Origin: Thermoplasmata archaeon
Lineage (GTDB): Archaea; Thermoplasmatota; Thermoplasmata; UBA10834; DTMW01
Length of the DNA: 64,000 bases
NCBI GenBank assembly: GCA_038852105.1
Contig: JAWCKK010000005.1
Coordinates: forward strand, 1,899-65,898
Reading direction: 5' to 3'
In this document: piece after piece, positions 29,369 to 38,646 of the stretch
Layout: each line of letters starts with the position of its first letter
How positions within the stretch are numbered: position 1 is the stretch's first letter
Made by a program: the position numbers and the translations under genes
The notes under the pieces: generated by a model
Told to the model about the DNA's origin: nothing
What the model saw: the letters and a program-made list of their open reading frames with translations, nothing else
Database searches by the model: none

Positions 29369-30790
29369 ATGGCAAGAGGTAGACTCAGCATTCTATTCTC
29401 CGAAGAAATCGAACGCATCCATTCAATTTCTATTAGGATATTGGAAGAAATAGGAATAGTTGTTAAAAGCGAAAATGTTGCGAAGATGCTGCTCGATGCG
29501 GGAGCTATCAGATCTCCTAATGGGAAACGGATATTGATACCGGAGAGGATGGTAAAGGCAGCTTTGGCTAGCGTGCCCAAGTCAATCCTTCTTGCCGGAC
29601 GGAATGGCGTCAAGGACATGACTATCCCTTCGAACATACTCTATGCCGCGACGGGCGGAGAGGGGGTCTACCTGAAGAACCTGGTCAAGGGAACCACTCG
29701 ACCGACGTCGATTCAGGACGTGAGAGATGTCTCAAGAATCGTGGAGAGTCTCCCCCAGATAGACTTCTTATGGGGACTTGTCGGTGCGTTAGATGTCCCT
29801 GATCATCTAAAGACCACGATGGAAACAAAGACAGCCATTCAATATTGCAGCAAGCACTGGCAAGGAGGCAGCTTGAGCGCAGAGGAGGCAAAGAGAGACA
29901 TCGACCTAGCGGCAATAGTGGTCGGCGGCCACAAGGAACTAGCAAGGAGGCCGATCATCTCTGCCGTTGAATGCCCCCTTTCACCGTTGACTTTCGAGAA
30001 GGGACTGGTCGAAGCCCAGGTTACGTATGCCAAGGCGGGCATACCGGTCGTCGCAATGGTGGCTAATATGGCTGGCCTCACATCTCCAATCACGCTATCT
30101 GGAACTGTGACGCAGACCAATGCCGAGAATCTTGCTAGCCTGGTGATATCCCAGACCGCGAAGCCAGGATCGCCTTGGATTTACAGTAGCGATTCCGTCC
30201 CTGCGGACTTGAGGACCGGCTCGATTGATTATGGAGCGTTCGAGGCACCATTGATGAGAGCCGCCGCGGGAGAGATGGGCAGGCATTACGGATTTCCAGT
30301 CATGTGCGCGGGCTTGGGCATCGAGGAGACCTCGATTAGCCTCAGCAGCATCCGAGAAGGGGTGCCGTTCATGCTAAACGAGGCTTTGGTGCAGTCCGAC
30401 CTCGGCTCAGGATTCGGCGGGATAGACCAGGCGGCGGGTGCCGCGTTCGAGCAGATAATCGTGGATGCGTGGATTTGGGAGATTGCACGAGAGATCGCGA
30501 GGGAGTTCGATACCGACGAGGACGCAATAGCGTTCGACACAATACGCGAAGCTTCGGAGGACATGAATTTCCTGACGAAGAAGCACACGATGGCACGGTT
30601 CAGAAAGGAATCGCTGGCAACATCGAAACCCTCTGCCGCAATCACAGGAAGACAGGAAAGTGCTGAGCGCGGAGCGGTCGTCAAGATGGCGCAGAAAGAG
30701 GTCGAGAAGATACTTTCGAAAGAGCCGAAGATGGTCGTCCCGAAGGATATCGCGAAAGAAATGGACGAATACGTCTCAAGGATAAGATGA
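29369..30790 (+). CDS. MttB-superfamily (trimethylamine methyltransferase-like) methyltransferase, uninterrupted (non-Pyl type)
   Basis: Homologous along its full length to the five paralogs at 57.2-64.0 kb (e.g. the conserved GGHKELARRPIISAVECPLSPLTFEKG, AGIPVV and HGNxFLTxxHT blocks). No in-frame stop. I set the start at the internal Met (MARGRL). Confidence 0.8.
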   Translation: MARGRLSILFSEEIERIHSISIRILEEIGIVVKSENVAKMLLDAGAIRSPNGKRILIPERMVKAALASVPKSILLAGRNGVKDMTIPSNILYAATGGEGVYLKNLVKGTTRPTSIQDVRDVSRIVESLPQIDFLWGLVGALDVPDHLKTTMETKTAIQYCSKHWQGGSLSAEEAKRDIDLAAIVVGGHKELARRPIISAVECPLSPLTFEKGLVEAQVTYAKAGIPVVAMVANMAGLTSPITLSGTVTQTNAENLASLVISQTAKPGSPWIYSSDSVPADLRTGSIDYGAFEAPLMRAAAGEMGRHYGFPVMCAGLGIEETSISLSSIREGVPFMLNEALVQSDLGSGFGGIDQAAGAAFEQIIVDAWIWEIAREIAREFDTDEDAIAFDTIREASEDMNFLTKKHTMARFRKESLATSKPSAAITGRQESAERGAVVKMAQKEVEKILSKEPKMVVPKDIAKEMDEYVSRIR

Positions 30791-30914
30791 CCTATTCCTG
30801 GGTCTTGCCACTGACTGATGAAGATTATGGAACCTCCCATGGCAGTCAGGACGATATGTTTATTACCATACGCATCCGATACTTCCAGCAGTAATGCTCG
30901 GGAGGACACCCCAA

Positions 30915-31445
30915 ATGGCCGACATAAGGCAAAGAGTAGAGGAGGACATGGGGCTTCTGAAGAAGATTCAGAGCTTCATTCCCGGTTTCAGAGGATACAG
31001 GAGAAGAGAGGACCTTCGAGACGCCGACAGGATGCTGCGCATGCAGCTCGCCGACAAACTCGGAAAGCAAAGGAAAAGGCTCGAGGATTACAGGGGATTG
31101 ATTACGAAAACCTTCAACTCCAAACCGCTCGATATGATGGGCGGGATAATCTTCCAGATGAAGAAGGTTGAAGGTCAGGTCCTGCACGCAGATATGGGAT
31201 ACTCAGGATTTGTCGCGGATATTCAGATAAAGGAAGCCGAGTTGAACCGGCTCTACGAGTACGATGCCGCGATGATAGATGGCGTGACCTCTATCGCGGC
31301 GAGCATAGATTCGCTCGAGCCAGCGTTGGCCTCCCAGGACGACGCCAAGAGCGTTCTGATGCTCAATGAGATCAAGCAGAAGGTCAGCCAATTCGAGGAG
31401 ATATTCAACAAGAGGAAGATTGTCATAACGGGAACGGAGGTGTGA
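30915..31445 (+). CDS. Small coiled-coil protein (CC1); the first gene of the SPFH/zinc-ribbon operon and a paralog of the 36218 gene
   Basis: About 176 aa, predicted all-helical. It shares IPGFRGYRRREDLRDADRMLRM and LNRLYEYDAAMIDG blocks with the ORF at 36218 (IPDFRGYSRKEDLRDADRMIRM, LERLYEFDAKLLDI). There is a 3-nt gap to the next gene. Confidence 0.5.
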   Translation: MADIRQRVEEDMGLLKKIQSFIPGFRGYRRREDLRDADRMLRMQLADKLGKQRKRLEDYRGLITKTFNSKPLDMMGGIIFQMKKVEGQVLHADMGYSGFVADIQIKEAELNRLYEYDAAMIDGVTSIAASIDSLEPALASQDDAKSVLMLNEIKQKVSQFEEIFNKRKIVITGTEV

Positions 31446-31448
31446 TGA

Positions 31449-32552
31449 ATGAGCCTGATAGGCGCTGAGACGTTCAACTGGGAAGATGCCTACAAACGAA
31501 ACAACATCATGTGGAGAGTTCCCCGGAATATAAAGTTCAATGACAACATAGTCGTCAGGGAGGACGAGATGGCGGTGTTCTTCAGGGACGGCAAGGCCCT
31601 GGATTACATCGACCGGCCGGACAGGTATGCCCTTTCTTCCCTGAACGCACCGATCGTCGGGAAAATCGTGAAGTTCTTGTCCGGTGTGCAGCAGCAGGCA
31701 GAGGTCATATACATCCAGAAGAGGGTTTTCGACGGAAAGTTCGGCAGCAAGCAGCCTTATCAGTTCAGGGACAAGGAGTTCGGGATGGTCAATCTCCGGG
31801 TCTTCGGGGAGTTCCGATACAAGGTCGCTTCGCCGATGAACTTCGTCAACCAGTTCTGCGGTACCTTCAATTTCACCACGAGCGCGGAGGTCGAGGAGCG
31901 AATCAAGGAGCAGATGGTCATCCTCGTGTACGACGCGCTTGGGGACATGAAGAACGAGGGCATGGGCGTCGCGGACATCGCTGCGAACCTAACGAACATC
32001 GAGCAAGCTGTCCTTTCGAGATCGAAGGAGCACTTCGAGTTGTACGGCATCTCGATAGACAAGTTGTCCGGGCTCTATATCTCAATGCCAGAGGAGGTCC
32101 AGAAGGCGGTCGATACGCGCGCCTCGATGCAAATCCTTGGCGCGAACTACATGCAGTATCAGACTGGACAGGCGATGAGAGACGCCGCGGCAAACCCGTC
32201 CGGCGGAGCCGCGGGCGTCGGTGTCGGTGTCGGCGCCGGGATAGGCATGGGATATCAGATGATCGGTGCGATGCAGCAGCCCGCCGCGGCTCCGACGCAA
32301 ACCGCGGCCGCACCAGGGATAGCCTGTCCCAAATGCGGCACGGTCAACCCTGGCGGAGCGAAGTTCTGCTCGTCTTGCGGCTCGAAACTGACTGTCGATA
32401 TGACCAACTGCCCAAAGTGCGGGAAGCAGGTCCCGATGGGCAAGTTCTGTCCTGAGTGCGGCGCGCCGCTGGGGACGAAGAAGTGCTCGAAATGTGGCGC
32501 GGAAGTCCCCGCAGCGGCGAAGTTCTGCCCTGAGTGTGGAAAAGAGCCATGA
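31449..32552 (+). CDS. SPFH-like (Band_7_1 / YdjI-COG4260 family) protein with four C-terminal tandem zinc ribbons
   Basis: The N-terminal pattern FNWEDAY...IMWRVP...IVVREDEMAVFFRDGKALDYIDRPDRYALSSLNAPIV matches the characteristic N-terminus of the YdjI/Band_7_1 family. It is followed by a G/A-rich linker (GVGVGVGAG) and four CPxCG..KFC..CG repeats. A Shine-Dalgarno-like GGAGGTG precedes the ATG. Confidence 0.75.
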   Translation: MSLIGAETFNWEDAYKRNNIMWRVPRNIKFNDNIVVREDEMAVFFRDGKALDYIDRPDRYALSSLNAPIVGKIVKFLSGVQQQAEVIYIQKRVFDGKFGSKQPYQFRDKEFGMVNLRVFGEFRYKVASPMNFVNQFCGTFNFTTSAEVEERIKEQMVILVYDALGDMKNEGMGVADIAANLTNIEQAVLSRSKEHFELYGISIDKLSGLYISMPEEVQKAVDTRASMQILGANYMQYQTGQAMRDAAANPSGGAAGVGVGVGAGIGMGYQMIGAMQQPAAAPTQTAAAPGIACPKCGTVNPGGAKFCSSCGSKLTVDMTNCPKCGKQVPMGKFCPECGAPLGTKKCSKCGAEVPAAAKFCPECGKEP

Positions 32553-32592
32553 TTGATGATACGGAAATGATTGCATCATCGGAGGTATCGGT

Positions 32593-33336
32593 TTGGCGTC
32601 GGTCAAATGCGTGAAGTGCGGCGCAAGCGTCCAGTTCGACTCTGGGACGAAGTTCACAAAATGCCCCTATTGCAGTTCGCAGATATACATCGATAGATCG
32701 GGCGCGGGGTTCTATTACATCTTGACCTTCATGTCCGACCAGAACGGCGCGATAGGCATATTCAGGCGGTGGGCGGCGGGATCGACCAAGGCCAAAGATT
32801 TGGACAAGTTGGCGCAGATAGTCTCGATAAAGAAGCAATATTTCCCGGTATATCTTTTCAAGAGAGATAACCAGGGGGTCGAGCAGGTCTTCGTCGAGCC
32901 CGCGGGCTCAACGACCTTGCCGGGCCTTCACAGCCTCAAGGTCCCAGCGGGGGATCTGAAGATATTCGATGCGAGCTTCGATATCGGGGGCGCGGAGCTC
33001 ATCCAGCCCGATATCGAGATGCTTTCATACTTGAACAAGCTGCCTGGAAAGCCGAAGGAACAGGCGCTCGTCTATTTCCCCATCTGGACAATTATCTACG
33101 AATTCCAGGGAAAACAATACACGGCTGTCATCGACGGCGTCTCGGGAGAGGTATTCTCGGGCGAATTCCCCGTGCGCGCCTCGGCGCCGTACATGGTCGT
33201 CGCCGTGCTCGGTTTCCTCGCGTTCATCGGAGAAGGGTTGCTCGCGACGGCGAACATCCCGATTGCGGTTATCCTCATGGCCGTCACGGTGATAGCGATT
33301 TTCTTCATTGCGCTATTTGTCGCGAGGAGGATGTGA
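32593..33336 (+). CDS. Zinc-ribbon membrane protein, paralog A (N-terminal CxxC..CxxC, C-terminal two transmembrane helices)
   Basis: N-terminal VKCVKCGASV...CPYCSS, repeated Y-x-P-[VIF]-[YW] motifs (YFPVYLF, YFPIWTIIYEF, then TAVIDGVSGE), and hydrophobic C-terminal segments (MVVAVLGFLAFIG, IAVILMAVTVIAIFFIALFV). TTG start after GGAGGT. Confidence 0.6.
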   Translation: MASVKCVKCGASVQFDSGTKFTKCPYCSSQIYIDRSGAGFYYILTFMSDQNGAIGIFRRWAAGSTKAKDLDKLAQIVSIKKQYFPVYLFKRDNQGVEQVFVEPAGSTTLPGLHSLKVPAGDLKIFDASFDIGGAELIQPDIEMLSYLNKLPGKPKEQALVYFPIWTIIYEFQGKQYTAVIDGVSGEVFSGEFPVRASAPYMVVAVLGFLAFIGEGLLATANIPIAVILMAVTVIAIFFIALFVARRM

Positions 33337-33339
33337 TCC

Positions 33340-34338
33340 ATGCCGGACATATCAGTAGGCCTCAATTGCCCGACGTGCGGCGGAGCGATCCAGATATCCG
33401 AGGGAGACAACACCGTCATCTGTCAATACTGCAATTCGACTCTCTTCGTTGAGGGCGACCAGGGCGTCAACACCATTGCCTTCAAGAGCAAGTTCCAGCG
33501 AGAACACGCCATTGCGGCAACATTCGATTGGTGGAAGAGAGGGCTCAAGGCACGCGACCTGCCTAAGACCGGGAAGATATTGGAGGCGTATCCGATCTAC
33601 TTGCCCTTCTGGAGCGCGACCACGAGGGTCGCCGGCTGGATATGTGGTTACGAAGAGCGGAGGCACACCGATCAGCGCGGGAACGTGCGAGTCGAGAGGA
33701 TACCGAAAGAGGTGATGATCCTCCAGGACTTCGCCTTCTCGGAGATTGCCTGCGACCCGGGCGACATCGGGATAGCCCATCTCAGGAACTTTCAGGGTGA
33801 GACTACCTTCGAGGACTTCGAGATGATCCCGACCTTCGAATCGACCACGAGCAAGGATGACGCGCTCGCGCATGCGAGGGCGGACGCCATAAATCGCGCG
33901 AGGGCTGGCGCGCGCGTGCCAAATGTGACCTTCGAGCGCCTCCATGCGTTCCCGAAGCGCCTTTCGCTAATCTATTATCCTGTCTGGGTCGTGAGATACA
34001 GCTACCGCGACAGGATGTACATGGACACTGTTGACGGGGTGACGGGAACGATACTGTCCGGAAGAGCGCCGGGCGACCCGCTATATCAGAGCTTGGCGAT
34101 AACCGGGGGCACATCTATCGGAGGATTGATTGCCGCCGGTGGGATACTCGCGGGCCAGGCGGATTGGAGGATCGCTGCGGCAGGGGTCGTCGTCGGAATC
34201 ATAGTGTTGGCTGTGACGTATCTGTTCTTCAGGCACGGCTCGGAGATTACGCAGGGAGATTTCAAGGCGAAAAGGCCTTCGGCCAAAGAAACAATCGCGA
34301 GCATTCAGCAGATAGCGAACCAGCTGGGGAGGGTGTGA
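33340..34338 (+). CDS. Zinc-ribbon membrane protein, paralog B
   Basis: N-terminal CPTCGGAI...CQYCNS, the motifs YPIYLPFWSA and YYPVWVVRYSY then DTVDGVTGT, and a C-terminal hydrophobic stretch (GGLIAAGGILAG...AAGVVVGIIVLAVTYLFF). ATG after GGAGGATG. Confidence 0.6.
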   Translation: MPDISVGLNCPTCGGAIQISEGDNTVICQYCNSTLFVEGDQGVNTIAFKSKFQREHAIAATFDWWKRGLKARDLPKTGKILEAYPIYLPFWSATTRVAGWICGYEERRHTDQRGNVRVERIPKEVMILQDFAFSEIACDPGDIGIAHLRNFQGETTFEDFEMIPTFESTTSKDDALAHARADAINRARAGARVPNVTFERLHAFPKRLSLIYYPVWVVRYSYRDRMYMDTVDGVTGTILSGRAPGDPLYQSLAITGGTSIGGLIAAGGILAGQADWRIAAAGVVVGIIVLAVTYLFFRHGSEITQGDFKAKRPSAKETIASIQQIANQLGRV

Positions 34339-34340
34339 GC

Positions 34341-34928
34341 GTGAAGGTCATCCAGGTCAAATGCCCGAAGTGCAACGCCCCAATCGTTATGAAGCAGAAG
34401 GACAAGCTGTTCCTATGCAACCAGTGCAACACGCTGCATACGAGGGATGACGGCGTCGAGGTGATACCTTTCGAAATCGCGGAGTTCCATCCGAACATAC
34501 ACGGAGACGATGTCTATATACCGTTCTGGAAGATGAACGCGACCTTCGAGATCAGGTACAAGCGCTCGGAAGGGGGCTTGATATCCAAGTTGGCATCTTT
34601 CGTGAAGGGGAACTCGAATACCGGCAACATCGTGATCTACATCCCGGCGACCGATCTTGACACGGCAACGTTCAGAAGGCTCGTCTCGCTGTTCCTCTCC
34701 AATCCGCCCAGGTACAGCACCAGATTCAACTTCGGCGGCGTGAGGAACATGCCTTCCACGGTCACAAGAAGAGAAGCCGCCGAGCTTGCGGATTTCGCGG
34801 TCGTGACGATGGAAGCCGACCAACCTGGGGTCCTGCAGGCGTTGGACTATTCGCTAAAGATTAACGATTCGAAGATAGTGTACCTGCCGTTTGTAGTCAC
34901 GCCCGGCGGGCTGAACCCCGCACTGTAG
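34341..34928 (+). CDS. Zinc-ribbon protein, paralog C (no transmembrane segment)
   Basis: GTG start 3 nt after the previous stop, preceded by GGGGAGGGTG. N-terminal CPKCNAPI...CNQCN and the motifs YIPFWKM and YLPFVVTP. The ORF-track 5' extension (34164) is out of frame with paralog B and I rejected it. Confidence 0.55.
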   Translation: MKVIQVKCPKCNAPIVMKQKDKLFLCNQCNTLHTRDDGVEVIPFEIAEFHPNIHGDDVYIPFWKMNATFEIRYKRSEGGLISKLASFVKGNSNTGNIVIYIPATDLDTATFRRLVSLFLSNPPRYSTRFNFGGVRNMPSTVTRREAAELADFAVVTMEADQPGVLQALDYSLKINDSKIVYLPFVVTPGGLNPAL

Positions 34929-34995
34929 AAGCTTCAGCATTCTCTTACGCAAACCCTTTCCGATTACTTCCCTGATTTCTGGATTCAATCGAGCA

Positions 34996-35003
34996 TTTTA
35001 TAT
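34996..35003 (+). promoter_or_regulatory. Putative archaeal TATA box (TTTTATAT) for the 35029 transcription unit
   Basis: TTTTATAT lies about 26-33 nt upstream of the ATG at 35029, consistent with a leaderless transcript. Confidence 0.3.
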
Positions 35004-35028
35004 CAGGACTGGTTCTATCCTCGGCTCG

Positions 35029-35649
35029 ATGCAGGCGGAGACGAAAAGAGCAGGATTAATACCGCTCATTCTTCTCAGGGGCAGGACGCTTCTTTTCAAG
35101 GAATATTCGAAAAAAGCGCTCAGCGAACTCTCAAAGGACTTGAGACGCAAGAATTTCGAGAAGATATACATCATGGACTTGGACGGCCTGGAAAGGAATA
35201 GGCCCCAGTTGGACATCGTCCAGCGATTATCGGACGATTTTGGGATCTTGTACGAAGGAGGACCGCGGAGGGGGGCTCACATCATCGACTTCATCATGGC
35301 TGGGGCTGAATTGGCCTACATGAATACGGCCACCCTTGAATCTCTCGATGAGCTGGAAATCGCGTTGTCGTACACCGATAATGTCGGCCTGAAGGTTGAC
35401 TGGAATCGGGGCATGATCGGCGATGATTTCAAGGATAAGACGTTGCAGGGCGCAGTGCAGGAATGCATGGGACTAGGCATCAGGGATTTCGTCATTCCCG
35501 TAGAGGTGATGCCTCAGCTAAGAAGCATGCGCTCCCTTCCGAACATCGTGCTGCGGGCAATCGCCGACCGCCCAGGTGATGAGAGAGCGCGCGACATCGA
35601 CGCGGACTCGATAATCGTCAATTACGAGTTGATAAGAGATGGCAATTGA
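35029..35649 (+). CDS. HisA/HisF-family (beta/alpha)8-barrel-like protein
   Basis: LIPLILLRG and IYIMDLDGLERNRPQLDIVQRL...EGGPRRGAHIIDFIMAGAE parallel the HisA blocks (IPAIDL..G, LHLVDLDGA, GGGIR). At 206 aa it is shorter than canonical HisA. Confidence 0.4.
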   Translation: MQAETKRAGLIPLILLRGRTLLFKEYSKKALSELSKDLRRKNFEKIYIMDLDGLERNRPQLDIVQRLSDDFGILYEGGPRRGAHIIDFIMAGAELAYMNTATLESLDELEIALSYTDNVGLKVDWNRGMIGDDFKDKTLQGAVQECMGLGIRDFVIPVEVMPQLRSMRSLPNIVLRAIADRPGDERARDIDADSIIVNYELIRDGN

Positions 35650-36127
35650 TATCGATAAAGAACTCAGAAAATGCCTCGCGGCGCTCTTTCGCCAGAAGGG
35701 GAAGGATATCATGACCGAGCGCGAGTTCGTGTACGCTGCCTCGATGGACTTGCGTTGGTTCGCTCCCAAGGAAGCACAAACGTTGCTCGAAATCTCATTG
35801 AAGTGCGGCCTATTAAGACTCTCCAACGGCACGCTGAGTCCGTCGTTCGAGATCTCGGACGATATGATAGAACTTGATTATAAGCCCTCGAGGGAAATCA
35901 TAATCGGGGAACAAAAGGGAGACGAGCACGATCCATTTATGGCTCTTGTGGACAAGATATCGACAAGCTCGGGGCTTCAGAAAAGGCAGGTCATCGCAGG
36001 GATAAATAAGGTGCGCGAGAAAATGCCCGTAGATATCGAAGTCGCCGCCCTCATTTTCGCCAGAAATCTCGGGATCGACATTTCGATGGACATCAAGAGC
36101 GTCAGAGACACGCTGATGGCGAGATAG
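35639..36127 (+). CDS. Conserved hypothetical protein (archaeal DUF-like), overlapping the upstream gene by 11 nt
   Basis: 162-aa ORF in operon arrangement with 35029. I recognised no motif. Confidence 0.4.
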   Translation: MAIDIDKELRKCLAALFRQKGKDIMTEREFVYAASMDLRWFAPKEAQTLLEISLKCGLLRLSNGTLSPSFEISDDMIELDYKPSREIIIGEQKGDEHDPFMALVDKISTSSGLQKRQVIAGINKVREKMPVDIEVAALIFARNLGIDISMDIKSVRDTLMAR

Positions 36128-36217
36128 ATTTCCTCCTCCTACTATTTCACCAAGACATTTATTAGCTCAATTAGGAATCACTAGTCCGTTCTCTTGAATC
36201 GATTGTTGGGAAGTAAA

Positions 36218-36742
36218 ATGGCAGAGTTCGAGGAGGAGAGAGAAGAGCGACATCCTCTAAAGAGGGTGCAGGCATACATACCAGACTTCCGAGGATACTC
36301 TCGGAAGGAAGACCTAAGAGATGCCGATAGGATGATAAGGATGATGTTATCGCAAAAACTAATGTTGGCTAGAAGGAACATTGAGGATTCCATGGGAAAG
36401 CTGGAAGAGGCTTTGCTGTACGAGGACGTCGATTCCCTCACTTCCCTGTTGAATATGCTGAAGAGGATCGAATCGGAAATCGCATATGCGGATTCCGGCC
36501 TTTCGTGGCTTGCGAGCGACATAAGCCTTGGGGAGGAGGAACTGGAGAGACTGTACGAATTTGACGCTAAACTATTGGACATCGCTACGCTCATTCTGAA
36601 GAAAACCGAGGAGACGAAGACGGCGTCCTCGGCGGGCAACAGGCCTGTAATAAAATCGAGCTTCATCGATCTCCGCACGAAACTGACAGTGCTAGAGGAC
36701 ACCTATCGAAAGAGAATGCTATCGCTCAATAAGATCGGATAA
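36218..36742 (+). CDS. Small coiled-coil protein (CC2), paralog of the 30915 gene
   Basis: Shares the N-terminal and central blocks with CC1. A TTTATTAG element lies about 55 nt upstream, a similar arrangement to CC1. Confidence 0.5.
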   Translation: MAEFEEEREERHPLKRVQAYIPDFRGYSRKEDLRDADRMIRMMLSQKLMLARRNIEDSMGKLEEALLYEDVDSLTSLLNMLKRIESEIAYADSGLSWLASDISLGEEELERLYEFDAKLLDIATLILKKTEETKTASSAGNRPVIKSSFIDLRTKLTVLEDTYRKRMLSLNKIG

Positions 36743-36763
36743 TCCCGGACGCTTTTGGCCGTG

Positions 36764-38017
36764 TCACCGGTCAATCGGAATCGGGATATCGTTGCTCACC
36801 TTGGCTCGCAAAATCTCGTTTGAAATCATGGCTTTATTGAAATAATATCTGAATAGCACGGGCGCCAGCGCTGTCGAGATGAATGCCATCAGAACGAGCG
36901 CGGAGAATATATCCTGACCTATGAGCCCACTTTCGAGCGCGATCTTTGCGAATACGAGCTCTATCACTCCTTTCCCCATCATGATCGAGCCGATTGCAAT
37001 TGATTCGTTCTTCTTGACACCGATGAGTCTTGCTGAGATAGCGCTGCCCAATAGCTTCCCGGGTATGGCAATCAGCAATAATAGTGCAAATAAGAGGATT
37101 GAGGACGATGAGGTGAATAATAGAGCATTGAAATCTACCGTAAAACCGATCAGAACGAAGAAGATTGGCGCAAGGAATCCCAAGGTGATGCCTGATAGAA
37201 TATCCTCCACTCGCGCCCATACTTTCAGCCTGCTTCCGCTTTCCCTGAGCATCATACCTGCGATGAACGCGCCGATGAAATCTGGAAGACCGGCGAATCT
37301 CGCAAGGACCGCGAAGGCGATGGCAAATCCTATTGCGATTGCGAACGCCGCTTCCCCCGTGCGCATCCATATCAGAATCCGATAAAGCTGGGGGATGATG
37401 TAATGGCTGACCAGGAATACCAAAACAAAGAATAGCGCAAACCCGAGAAAGAGAACGAAAGCCTTCTCGGAACTCTGACCGTCGATTGGCCCTGCAACCA
37501 CGATTGCCATCGCGATCAGAAGCGATACATCCGTCATCATCGCCGCGCTGATGATTCTGCTGCTCGTCTCGGTTTCGAGCACCTCCATATCCTTCAATAT
37601 TCTTATCGTCACCGGGAGTGCCGTAACGGACATCGCTATCGCAAGAAACAGCACTGCATTTCTTTCAAGGCCGAATGCGATTCCGAGTAGTATCCCGCAG
37701 ACTGCAGGTATGATGACACCGCCGATGGTGACAACTAGCCCGATTCGATAGGATGCTACAATCCTCTTGAAAGAGAACTCGAGACCGATGTACAATAGAA
37801 GCAGTAGTATTCCGAGGTCGGCCAAATTCCTAATGAACTCATCGACGTACATCGAACGGAGCTCGCCGATTACGCTTCCGAGAATGAACGGACCGAGAAT
37901 AATTCCTGCGAGAAGTTCACCCACGATTGATGGCTGATTTATGCGCGAAACCAGCTCGCCCATCGCCTTCGCGAACGCTATTATCAGTAGGATGTATACA
38001 AGCACTGAGATGTCCAT
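36764..38017 (-). CDS. Cation:proton antiporter (CPA2 / Na+-H+ exchanger family)
   Basis: 12-TM profile. The N-terminus MDISVLVYILLIIAFAKAMGELVSRINQPSIVGELLAGIILGP is classic KefB/NapA-like. Confidence 0.85.
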   Translation of the reverse strand: MDISVLVYILLIIAFAKAMGELVSRINQPSIVGELLAGIILGPFILGSVIGELRSMYVDEFIRNLADLGILLLLLYIGLEFSFKRIVASYRIGLVVTIGGVIIPAVCGILLGIAFGLERNAVLFLAIAMSVTALPVTIRILKDMEVLETETSSRIISAAMMTDVSLLIAMAIVVAGPIDGQSSEKAFVLFLGFALFFVLVFLVSHYIIPQLYRILIWMRTGEAAFAIAIGFAIAFAVLARFAGLPDFIGAFIAGMMLRESGSRLKVWARVEDILSGITLGFLAPIFFVLIGFTVDFNALLFTSSSSILLFALLLLIAIPGKLLGSAISARLIGVKKNESIAIGSIMMGKGVIELVFAKIALESGLIGQDIFSALVLMAFISTALAPVLFRYYFNKAMISNEILRAKVSNDIPIPIDR

Positions 38018-38078
38018 CTAAATACGCAGTTGCCAATGCAATAGATTAAGCTTCTTGCCAAATAATCGATTTCAGGAA

Positions 38079-38576
38079 TCATTCCTTCTTGAGAAAATCT
38101 CCCAGGGTCATACCGTGAGAGTACGCTCTCTTCTCGACCTGGACATCGGATATCTTTTCTCTCAGGGATATCCCGAGCTCCTTCTCGAGCTTCCTCACGA
38201 GCCTGTCGTCAGGATGCAACTCGCCCCTTTCCAGGGCGTGCACGACTGACAACTTCTCATTCAGTCTGGCGGCCAATTCCTTTTTCGTTAGGCCTTTCGA
38301 ATTTCGTGCGTTCATGATTCTCGCAGCATAATCGGCGACGAGAGCCTCGCCGGTGTCCTGGGTCGCGAAGATATCCTTATAAACAGGGCGGTTGGAAATG
38401 CGCTCGATCCTCTGTCTGACAACGGGATGGACGGGTGCCTTCTGAGCTTCCTTCTTCGCTACCTCGTCCCCAAATCTGGCGCATTTCGAACAGACTTCCA
38501 TGAGTGTCCCCTCGACCTTCACTTTCTTCAAAACGGGGAACTCCTGGCCGCACATCTCGCACTGCTTTTGTGTCAT
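38079..38576 (-). CDS. mbf1: Archaeal multiprotein-bridging factor 1 (aMBF1): zinc ribbon + HTH_XRE
   Basis: From the internal Met: CEMCGQEFP...CSKCARFG zinc ribbon, then HTH (KGLTKKELAARLNEKLSVVHALERGE), about 165 aa. The ORF-track 5' extension is hydrophobic junk. Confidence 0.8.
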   Translation of the reverse strand: MTQKQCEMCGQEFPVLKKVKVEGTLMEVCSKCARFGDEVAKKEAQKAPVHPVVRQRIERISNRPVYKDIFATQDTGEALVADYAARIMNARNSKGLTKKELAARLNEKLSVVHALERGELHPDDRLVRKLEKELGISLREKISDVQVEKRAYSHGMTLGDFLKKE

Positions 38577-38646
38577 CGTCGCAAACGATAAATAGCCCAG
38601 CCCGGCTATATAGCTTATCGAGCCGAAAATTATCACGCCAGAAGGA

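Noticed and set aside
34164-34340. 5' extension of the third zinc-ribbon paralog (MEDRCGRGRRRNHSV...)
   Set aside because: It overlaps the C-terminus of the preceding paralog out of frame. An in-frame GTG with a strong Shine-Dalgarno directly after the upstream stop gives a homologous N-terminal zinc ribbon.
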